A stretch of DNA of 64,000 bases from Rotaria socialis (lineage: Eukaryota), in contig CAJNYD010000011.1 in assembly GCA_905331295.1 (NCBI GenBank), positions 126,189 to 190,188 of the forward strand, written 5' to 3'. A program made the position numbers and the translations under genes. Positions 27,787 through 38,219 of the stretch are shown here, piece after piece (within the stretch, counting starts at the first letter, position 1; each line of letters opens with the position of its first letter). The notes beneath the pieces were generated by a model. That model did no database searches. It was not told the origin of the DNA and worked only from the letters and a program-made list of their open reading frames with translations.

Positions 27787-29670
27787 ATGACTGATCAATA
27801 CTATCGTCCTGGTCGTGGCGTACCAACTTACCCGCTTTCAAGAGTAGGTAGTGATTCAACGATTAATAGCGATGGAGCCTCGCGAATATTTGCTCCTAGT
27901 ATTTCGAATACATCAGCGAAACACACTAGTTACTCGAATATGTCCGTGGGCTCCGTCAGCATCAAATACGCTTGAAAATCAATCGAGAGACGGTGCAAAC
28001 TCCGTGAGTGGTCGAACAATAAGAATTAGAAATTCTAATCAGTTAATGAAAAGTGTATGCCAGTCAACTGCCAATTTGAATAGTGCGAATAGTCAAGTTG
28101 AGCGACAAAGCTATGTAGGTTCTGCCTCTACTATATCGTCTTTCAATGATTCTCTTGCTGTCGGATATGGTTTCATTGAGAACAATAATTTATCTAAGGA
28201 CGTTACTGATAATTATTTTGGTGCCAGTTCGTACATCGAGCCTGGGCCTATGTTCACACCATATATATCATTAATTGTTGTCAATGAAGACGAGCATCGA
28301 AGAGACAAATTTCCAGGTTAGTTGGTTTGCGTTTCAGATTTTTCATGTGAAAACTATGTCTATTTTCAGAAAAGATACTTATCGAGAACACTGAAAAAGA
28401 AAGCATAAGCTTTCATTCTAAACCGGCTTTGGTTCCCGTTAATTATGACCAAAAGCTGCCTCTGGAGTAATGAGACAGTGGCTACATGCAGAACGTCACC
28501 ATATCGTACGAAATTCTTATCACCTAAATTATCTTATATAATTACAGTCTCTAACTAGATTATTTTGACTGGAAGCGACAATGCTATACATTTGCTTACT
28601 TAGCTGAACGAGACATTCGACCACATCTTAAAGATGTTCGTGTTATTAACACAGTAGAAGATGACAACATGATAATTAACGAGAAGAGTTGACTGAGAAC
28701 CGATTACTACTCAAGAATATTCTTATTGACGATTCCATGTCAATTTGTCCGAAGCATCGCAGTTTTTTTGGAATCGACTGGCGCGACGCTATTCCAAGAT
28801 TCAATCACCCGGATCATAATTCCAAATATCGTCCACCAACTTCTGGTTGCCGTCGGGCTTAGTTCTCTATGTGTTCAAGGATAGAAGGAATCCGAATCGG
28901 CATCAGGTGTGATCTTTCTCCCCCATTTAATGAGCCATTTAAACTAATACATTCCAATTTTAGATTGTGCTCAAAGCACAAAATTTATATCGGTGCCTCC
29001 AGATTCTGAATCAATTACTTGTCAGTCTCAATTTACGAATAGCGCCCCATGTTTCATCGAAGATACTCGAGATACAATGAATCGAATCTTAGCTGAGGCA
29101 AATCTAAGCCAACTTCGATCTCAAACAAGAATGGCGCTACAGCGTCAATCAAAAAGTGGTATCCGCCGCTTGCTTTCCAAGCTGAGTCGAGGAGCACATA
29201 GTTTGCAAGGTTTATTCTGGAAAAATTAAATACTCCGTTGATTTATAATATTTGAATTCTAGAAAAGTTAGCTGAAACACCCGCGCCAGGTCAAGGCAAG
29301 GAATTGCTCCTTTTGACTGGACTCGAAATAGATGTCAAGAAAAATCAAATGATTAATTCACCCATCAATAACGAAGTAGTTCAAAATGTGAAAGAGATTT
29401 ATGATATGTACGTCGAGCAAAGAATGCCTTTTGCGGATCAAGTTTGGCTTCTCACTACTACCCAGGTTATGGTGCTACGAAGACGTGATGGCAAAATTTG
29501 GATGCTCCCAACATGCAATCAAAACTGCTCATCAAATGCATGACGACAACGAGTACATGCTAAAAGCAGAAAAAGAATCAGATATTCGGCAGCGTGCCAA
29601 TCCTAACACAATCAAACATTTTGTCAGCTGGCTCATTGAAAGCGATACTCTCGTTTCAGGTAAAATGTAA
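27787..29670 (+). pseudogene. Decayed, intron-containing ORF of probable DNA-transposon origin (family unassigned)
   Basis: Fragmented frames with stops and frameshifts (27787-28321, 28993-29229, 29304-29670). Segment LLPRLWCYEDVMAKFGCSQHAIKTAHQ looks like an HTH seen in transposon-derived proteins. Higher GC than host genes, embedded among TE remnants. Confidence 0.5.
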
Positions 29671-30270
29671 CCCCCCCCCTCCCCAGAATAAAAGGTCATG
29701 GCCTCCTATTGTAGATGACCTTCTAATATGATTTTCCTAATAAAAGCGTATTTTTTTATTACTAATACAACCTTCAATATTATTCGATGTATTGACATCA
29801 TTTATCGATAATATCGATTGATCTCCAAATAAACTTAATGAACTTTCGTCCATGTTGCATACATCTCGTGGAAGGAATGCTCCCATAGGTCCACGGCTTG
29901 GTGCCCATTGACTTGCTCGACGAATATAGTCATAGAAATTGTTTATAAGTGGATACGCATCGGGCAATGAAGCTTTTTGATTTATTTTCGGTTTTTGAAG
30001 CGATAAACGATGGCGGCGCATGAATTTCCCAAACCATTTCGTACTTGGACAAGCATGTTTTAATTCCATACTTAATAATTTGCCTTGCCGTTCTAATTGA
30101 CGAAATGTTACCTTTTCACGTCTTATTGTTGTTGTATCAGTTGTAGCAACAGCTTTTGGATCAATAAATGTTCGTTTCTCTCGAAACTATAATAATAATC
30201 GATGATCAAGGTCAACGAACTCAAGTTTTACACCACCACCACTTAAACGTTTGCGTTTTTTACCTAATAT
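29668..30270 (-). mobile_element. Pogo/Tigger-like transposase fragment (CENP-B-type HTH plus start of DDE domain), pseudogenised
   Basis: KRKRLSGGGVKLEFVDLDHRLLL*FREKR...PSTKWFGKFMRRHRLSLQKPK...CNMDES. In-frame TAG near 30187. Truncated after the first catalytic D. Confidence 0.8.
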
Positions 30271-30403
30271 GTATAATTACTTTTTAAAACACGCAGCAAA
30301 ATATTCAGCAAGTATCTGTATTTTCCCCTTGTCCTGAATAAGATAATATAAATTTCACCTAGACTGAAAAAATAGTTGATCAAAAAATATCAGTTATTCT
30401 TAC

Positions 30404-31728
30404 CAGAGGTGTCCACAGGGCCAATTTTATTGCCCTACCCTACCCTGCTTTTTATCGTAACTCGTCCTGCCCTGCCTGCTAATTAAGAAGAATATTTTTC
30501 ATGTTTAAATTCAAGTTTAAGTAGTCTTTTTTATTTGAAAAATAGTTCAGCAAATAGATAAATGATCAGCAAATAATAAATTAGCCCGAATTGAAAAAGT
30601 GTATATGATGATATTGCATCATCACTGATGATCCATCAGTAGATCGGCTTGTCCACGTAACCCGCTACTTCGCTGATCAAGTTTTAAAAATGTTTTTTTC
30701 GATATAAGCAGATCTTAGGGTATTTTTGGGTACAGATTTTTTTTACACTGATTGTGAATTTGGACTTTTTTCTTAAAAAAAATTGGGTTTGGCATCGAAA
30801 TTCAAGTTTTAAAGTTTTCATAAATTGTATTTTCAATTTTCTAACCAAGAAATTCACAACTACAATGCAGAGTAATATACCATTCGATGCAGAATTTGAT
30901 TCTTTACAAAGTGACCTGTTAATTGTTTACTCACATTCTTCAGGACAACTTCTAAGCTCTTGTACAGTTTCTAACTTACTATACAATTATTGAGCTCGTA
31001 TTTCGATGCAGCAACTTGATTTTTTCTTACAGAAGGATATATGCAGGGCAGTGATCAACATATATAAACATTGAATATTTTTAAGCATGGTAAGTGCTTC
31101 AAATTTGGTCGACAAAAAACGTGTCACAGCGTTACGCTTGGTTTTTTCATTTTTAATCTAACCCAGGACGATGTTTCCGGCCTCCGGAAATGAGCGGATT
31201 TAATTCGAACCGGCCAGGAACATGCAGGAAACGCACCGGAGCGTGCAGGAAAACGCCGGATATCACCGGACCCTGAAAGCAGTATTCCGGGACGGATTTT
31301 TCCGGCTTTCCCGGCGATTTCCGACGGGAACCAACAGGAACTTGGCGGAACTTACAGGAGAAATTCGGAGATTCCCCGGTCCGGAATACTGCTTCCGTGA
31401 AATCACGGAAATGCGCTGGAAACGGCCGTTTCCCGGGCCGGTTACTTCGACCTGGGTGCACTATTATGATTAGCTTATTATTTTCTTTTGTTTTCTTACA
31501 AATTTGATTGGACCTCATGCAGTCATCATACAAACACAAATATAACAATCTATTTACCATATAATAACGCCACCTGATTTTTTAAATTTCTTTCACATTT
31601 CTGAGAAAAATAAAATTGTTGTTATTTTCGAACTAAAGTAGGTATATGCAGAATTTGCAGGGCATGAAGACATAGCCCTACCCTGCCCTGATTTTTGCTC
31701 TGGCCGTCCTGCCCTGTGGACACCTCTG
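30404..31728. mobile_element. hAT-like non-autonomous element with 18-bp perfect TIRs
   Basis: CAGAGGTGTCCACAGGGC at 30404-30421 and its reverse complement at 31711-31728. ccctaccctg/cctgccctg subterminal repeats at both ends. Confidence 0.8.
31161..31457. mobile_element. GC-rich MITE nested in the hAT-like element
   Basis: Termini ACCCAGGACGA and TCGACCTGGGT (10/11 inverted match). Interior rich in CCGG/CCGGAA, with a sharp GC rise. Confidence 0.75.
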
Positions 31729-33042
31729 GTGAGAATCTGCCAACAGTAGACATTGAAAAGCTATTTAAAAACATCAAATAATTATAGAATAGTTTGTAAA
31801 TGGCATACATTCTTCTTTCACGTTTTTTGTCTCGATTCGATCTTCGATATGTATCATAGAGAAATACAATGGCAGTTGATAGTCCAGCAGACTATTTTTT
31901 TAGAAGAAAAGTGCTATGTTGCAAAAAGAATATTAACTCACTGAAGTCGAACCATGCATTTTTGACATACTAATATTAGATTCATGTGCAATCAATTGAC
32001 GTTCACTGGTAATCAACGACACGTTGCTTATAGTTCTCGCTGAGTAAGTATTGCTTTGCTCCACAGCTGTATTACCACGTTTAATTTTGTTCAATCGATA
32101 CTTCCTTTACTGCAATAATCATATTTATGCAAAACAAAATTAATTTTGTGATTATAAAATACAAATAAGATTGTTATGATTGAATAAGTAATTATAAGAA
32201 AATAACGATTTTAGAATTCGATATTATCCATTGGTATTACACTAACTTTGATCTATAGAGTCTTTAAAGGTAAAGATATTTTCTAGTGTCTCCATTTCAC
32301 AGTTAAAAATCAACATCGAAATACGGATACTAATGGATAGATTAGTAAAGCCATCATAAGAGCATGCCAAACTACGGTTGAAATGAAAAGGGTTCAAGGA
32401 AGATTTCAAATTGCTTTGATAATTCCCAATGTATAAGAATTTTGAAACTAAAATAAAATTCTAACTAGCAACCAAAAGATATCAAGAAAGCAAAACACGC
32501 TAAGAAAACTTGAATTTTTGCACGTATATTTTTCTCAAGTTCATTCATATTTTTTATTTTTTGGATTCTATGGTCGCTACTATATATACATATACGCGTT
32601 CATATAACTTGATCTTTTTCACTTTCTAAAAAACACATAAAATATGATGATAGGTGCTACCTGTAGATATGAAAATTATGTATATCTCAATGATTCACTG
32701 AATTTCATCATAGCATTCAGATTGTCGTCCCTAATTTTCAGAGATAAGTCATAGACTATCATATAAATATTGATCTGAAAACAACACATCTCATATTTGT
32801 CTTCACAATGAACTTTTATTGATGCATGCAGTTGTTCATGAATAACAGATCTGAATGTACTGCTGATGTTTAATAAATTATCAGGTCTTTGCAAATAAAA
32901 GAATCAAATTTTCTTATTTACCATGATGTTTAATAAAAAGTAAGTACAAACTTACAGGAATTTAATCGGATTGACTCCGCTGAAGGCGGCGGATTTTAAT
33001 TGTATAAGGTCGTTTTGCAGAGGAGCGTAAATTTGAGAACAT
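31729..33042 (-). pseudogene. Third, degenerate copy (C) of the membrane-receptor family, truncated by the TE cluster
   Basis: Exon homologues: KRPYTIKIRRLQRSQSD*IP|gtaag; PDNLLNISSTFRSVIHEQLHASIKVHCEDKYE (donor reads atgtg); repeat exon TAVEQSNTYSARTISNVSLITSERQLIAHESNISMSKMHGSTS|gtgag; SAGLSTAIVFLYDTYRR...RR|gtatg. The next exon is cut at the TIR at 31728. Confidence 0.7.
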
Positions 33043-34193
33043 ATCTTTATTTTTTCAATGGATATTCATTGTATTTAGAAATTTGATTACCAAGAAGTTA
33101 TGAAAAAGCGCTTCAGTATCATGAATACAAAAGTGGGGCAACCTTTTTATGTATGATTTAGTAAACTTTCTTTCGTTCACAAATGAAGAATGTGTGTGTG
33201 TGTGTAAATAAAGACACAAATAATATAGCATTACTGGCAAGTACAGTTCTTTCTTCATGATTCCATGAAAGGTCTCTTCTTAAAATATACAGCATGCGCA
33301 GTCATTATTTATTTTAAATCCTATGAAAATTCTCTTTCTATTATAAAAGTTATGCGACTTCAAACAACAACTATAAAGAAATATAAATTAATTTTGTATT
33401 AAAATCGACTGTTTCGTAATAATTATAAACAAAACGCTTCTCGTTCTTTCCCAATAATTATATGCACATTTTTTTCAAGTGGTGGATAAATCATAATTTT
33501 ATTTGTCTCCCAAAATCATTCCAGAATGTTATAGAGCACGGATTTCGTTCTTAACGCGTCGAAAGAGATTCAACTGCGATTAAAATCATCATCTTTTCTG
33601 TTTTTTTTTCTATCGAAGAAGATTGATATTGCAAAATGACTGAGAAGATATTTCAGAATTTTTATTACTATTTTTACTAGACACATCTTAGGTGTATCTT
33701 AATTATCATCTAGAAGTTTATTTCGTACAATATTTTGTTAACATAATAACGCTCACTTTCTGAGTTATTTTGCTTGTTATTAGGCACATATTTCGATTCT
33801 TTTTCAAGAGTAGTTTTTAGAAAAATAATTTTCATTTAGAATGGTGTGTGTGTGCAGAAGTCTTCTCTTCAGTAATGAACAGAGTTTATATCATATCCAT
33901 GTACAACAAATGATTCATTGGAAAAAAACGTTTGGCAAAGTTTGTCGAGTAAAAACCAAAACTCTATTGCCAGAAAAATGTGAAACTTCGGTAAAAAGAG
34001 AAAGATCATTTTGTTGGTCAATCGTAAAAAGTACAATCGAATAATTCTTGGTTTCTATTTATTTTCACGGCATACTGTAATTAAAAGAGAATAAATGTGA
34101 AAGAAATATTTGTTCCGATGAGATAATCATTTCTTTTGAATAAGATCAAGTACGCAAGAGTTCTTATATTTGAGAAAATTTATGTGTTCATCG

Positions 34194-36844
34194 TCATTGA
34201 TATAAGTAGACGCCAATGTTATCGGCATAGCCATTAAGATAGGTTCCGAAATACCTAGTAAACGTGACGAATACAGTTGCTGTACGAGCACCGATAGGGA
34301 CAATACCAGTGAACTGTCGAAAGAGAAGTATTGTTTGACCTCCTCGATCAGCATCGGAAACAGGTCCGATAATACTCATGTTACCAATCGTTTGATTATT
34401 TTTATCAGCAAAAGTCAACGAGACTACAACACCATCTTCTTGACCTGAGACGCCGCCTAACCAAGACGAAAGATTAAAATTGATACTCCCACTATCAATC
34501 AGACCAGTGTCAGCGTAATCAGTCAAATTGATTGTTTGCCATATAGAAACGGAGCTCGCATCATAGCCATAGAAGAAACAGCTGCCTCTATCACTAAAGA
34601 AAAATAAACAATACAAGAAGATAGATTTTCATCTTACGTAGTTTCAGCTTCAGTGCCAGACAATGTCGGCGCACCATTAAACAGAAAAGTTGTATTGTAA
34701 TAGATTTGGGTAATGTTTCTACTGTTCATCCATCCAGGAGGACTACTAACTTCTGAGTATACCGCACAGGCACCTGCTTCACCATTTCCATTTATTACCA
34801 TGTTGGCATTTGATACTAGACAATAAATTATTGACAAAACTAAGCAAAAATAGTTAAAGATTGGTGATAACGAGACTTTCGTTTTTGGTGAAATCCGAAT
34901 GAACAATTATCGATATTTTTACAAATCGAAATTCTATTTGCTAGCATGCTTTATAAGATTAAAGTAGAATTAAGAGTGAATTTTATCATTGCTGCTTCTA
35001 ACGTGAAGCATATTCTGAGTTTCTTCAATGAAATTTTTTCATTGTTCGATGAAATAACACCAGTTTCACCTCCGGTCTCATGAGTCACAAACAGATTAGC
35101 ATTCGATAGCTCAAGGTGCCCTGTAAAAATAATAATATGCGATGTTCGCATTGGTAGACTTACTAAAGTAACCAAGAGCGCTTCGAGAAATCCTTATTGA
35201 TGCTGATGACTGGGATTTGATCACTAATGCAACGATAAGTCCAGCGATTGCGAAGCCAATAAGTAAAAAGCAAATTATAGACAAAATTGCATAAAAAGGT
35301 GTGCATGTGCACCAATAAAAACCAAGATATCTACACAAAACATTCAATAGCGAATGAACAGTTGGTGATTTAACATACCTTCGGTTGTCGCCTTTCTTCT
35401 CTCGGTAAGTGTCGTACTGAGAAGCATTACCGGTTGATGGGCCATAAGACTATTTCGTTTAAAGAATAAGTACAATGTTGAAAAAAAAGTAAAAGCGCAA
35501 GACGAATATCTCACTGAGTTAGGAACACGAATTGACGGTAGCTCGCTATCATATTCACGAGTAGCTGATTGATGCACATGAGTAGTGAATGCCGCACCGA
35601 GTTCGGTTCTTCGTGAATATGTACTGCTTGTCTCTGCAGTTATCTCGCTTGGATTTTCTGTATTGTGTTTGTGATGGGCGCCTTTCGTTTTTCGGTTTAC
35701 TCTTCGGCTAGCATTGTACAGATAAGGAATATCAGTTGATGGATCAATAGACTATTTCGTTTAGAGAATAAGTGTAATTCTTCAAAAAAGAAGAACAAGA
35801 AGAATATCTCACGGAGTTAGGGATATGAATTGTTGGTAGATCGCTATCACATTCATGAGCAGTTAATGGACGTTCATCAGTAGTGAACGCTCCGCTGGCT
35901 TTGGTTCCTATTGAATATGTATTACTGTTCTCTACAGCTATCTCACTTGGATTTTCTATATTGTGTTTATGATGGTCGTCTTTCTTTTGCCGGCTTACTC
36001 TTCGGGCGGCATTGTGCGCAGAAGTAATATCGGTTGATGGATCCATAGACTATTTCATTTAGAGAATAAGTGTAATTTTTCAAAAAAGACGAATAAAACG
36101 AATATCTCACCGACTTAGGAATATGAATTTTTGGTGGATTGCTATCATATTCATGAACAGTTAATTGATGTTCACCAGTAGTGAATGTCCCACTGGCTTT
36201 GATTTTTGATGAATATGCATTACTTTTCTCTACAGCTATCTCACTTGGTTTTTCTTTATTGTGCTTATCTTTTTCGCGTTTATGATTTGGTATTTGTGAT
36301 AGCTATTTCAAGAAAGAAAACAAAGTTGACATCAAAATGTAAAAACAGGGAAACGTTTGTTTGGTCGGTTTTTTCACGAATTTTCCCCGTATTTGACTGA
36401 GTTCATCATGCACCGCATCAAATATTTTGTTTCAATTTTGCTAGCTGCCCTTGAATGTCATAATTAAAAACTCTCTTTATCATTCAATGGTATTCTTTAA
36501 GGAATATGTGATAGACTATCACATAAATATTAAATTTCTTTATATTTCCTGCAATCATTAATTTTCCGACCATAGAAATATCTGGAATATGTAAATATTA
36601 CGTTAGAAATAAATTACCTCATCATTATCTGCACAATGAATTTTCATGGATGGCTGCTTGTGTTCATGAATCCCTGATTTCAGCGTACTGCTTATGGTAG
36701 ATGCATCATCACGTATCTGTGAAAACCATATCTCAAAAGTCTCTTGTTCATTACCAAATACAAGAAAAGGTGGGAAAAACTCACAGGACTTTGTAGTCCA
36801 GGTCGGCTAAAGCAACGAACTCTAATGATACCGGATTGCTTCAT
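34194..36844 (-). CDS. Copy B: type II single-pass membrane protein with 3 cytoplasmic exon repeats and a bacterial-like jelly-roll (carbohydrate-binding-like) C-terminal domain
   Basis: Exons MKQSGIIRVRCFSRPGLQSP | IRDDASTISS...CADNDE | three repeat exons ending I(H/R)(I/V)P(N/K)S|gtgag | SYGPST...NRR | TM YAILSIICFLLIGFAIAGLIVALVI | NANMVINGNGEAG...PPGW... | DRG...QTINL...IDSG...LSSWLGG...IGPVSDADRGG...VPIGAR...NGYADNIGVYLYQ*. The 5' exon joining is inferred. Confidence 0.78.
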
Positions 36845-36904
36845 TTATACACGTAATCGTCAATAATATACTAATAAATATCCCGATGTGGCGAGAACGA
36901 ACGT

Positions 36905-37111
36905 TGTTGCTTTGTTTATGGATACAGTTCTGACATTCATATATTTAAAATGCATAGCTATTACTCCTTTCTTAGTCAAAAAAAGAATCTAATTGTATTA
37001 GAACGGCTATATGTCTTCATCCAACATCAATAAACAAATATCAATTAAATTTATAAGACAATTGATTCATCGTAATACTTGTAAAAAGGTTTCCCTGCTT
37101 TTTCTAAGGTC
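36905..37111. repeat. Duplicated upstream (promoter-side) segment, near-identical to about 41010-41215
   Basis: gttgctttgtttat...tttttctaaggtc occurs upstream of both copies B and A, showing a tandem duplication unit of about 4.1-4.25 kb. Confidence 0.85.
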
Positions 37112-38219
37112 GCTCGGTCCCCGTTTTAGATGTTTAAAGTACATAAAAAATGTCGTATTTTATTGAGAGTCAAGACAGAAAATAAAAAAATCTTTTCTTA
37201 TATTTTCATCGTCGTTGGTAAGATGATGAAAGAAGAATTTCATTGAGATTCAATCACTATTGCAAGTCGTTATTGTTTGTGATTTAATATGTATAGAAGA
37301 ATCAAATTAGTTGTAAGTCTATCGAAGAAAAGTTATAGGCGAAAATCACTTGCAAAATATTGAAGAATTTTTATAACGTTTTTCACTCGAAAGACCTTGT
37401 TGATGATAAAATCCTTGTATGAAACCGATCACGTTTGTTGGCATCAATGAATTACCCGCCAGAGAGTGAATGATTCAACCATGGGTGGAATCCTAAGGAG
37501 ATAGAAACCTCTATATTGCAAAAACACAGATATCGGTTAATTTCAATTGCATCGAGTACGCTAAACTTATTTTTCTGGCCACTTTTTATAGCCAAAGAAA
37601 TAAATATTAAACATGTGGATATTGGTACAGAATTCACCTTTGTACATGGTGAACTATACTTGTAATCTTGATTTTCATATTCTTCAACACTACAACACAC
37701 TTATTCTAATATATCCACATCCACACCCTCGATTCTGTGAGCAACAGTAATTGTCTGTCCCCACAGGCATTCTGAAATATGAAACGCGATTGTTCTACTT
37801 CTACCAGTTTTTGATTCATGTTTTAGTTATCTTTATAAGAAAAAAACCTTCATCGTCGAAAAACGCAAACATCTATGCATGGAATACTGCTTCCTGTTAG
37901 TCGTTAAAATTGTTTCTTGGTATATAGATTGTTAATTAGAAAATATTTTATTTTGATAAGTCTTTAATAGCACAACTGGCTATCGAGTAAAACTCGAATA
38001 CAACTGAATCATCTAAAGTGCTATGTTTTCATAGCAGACTTTATTATTAAAACTGGATCCATATCACACCACACGCATATATATGATCACTTGTGACTAT
38101 TGATTGATGTTAAGGTCACTACTATGAAAGATACATTTGCTCAAATAGTATACTTTTTGCAGTAAAAAAAACAATACAAAGAAGATATTTTGTGTTTAAG
38201 AAAATTTATACATTCATGG

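Noticed and set aside
31153..31560. ORFs on both strands (135 aa and 83 aa)
   Set aside because: By-products of the GC-rich MITE lacking stop codons
37452..37830. Minus-strand ORF fragment between receptor copies A and B
   Set aside because: Interrupted by a stop, with no homology to the array or a known family that I can recognise
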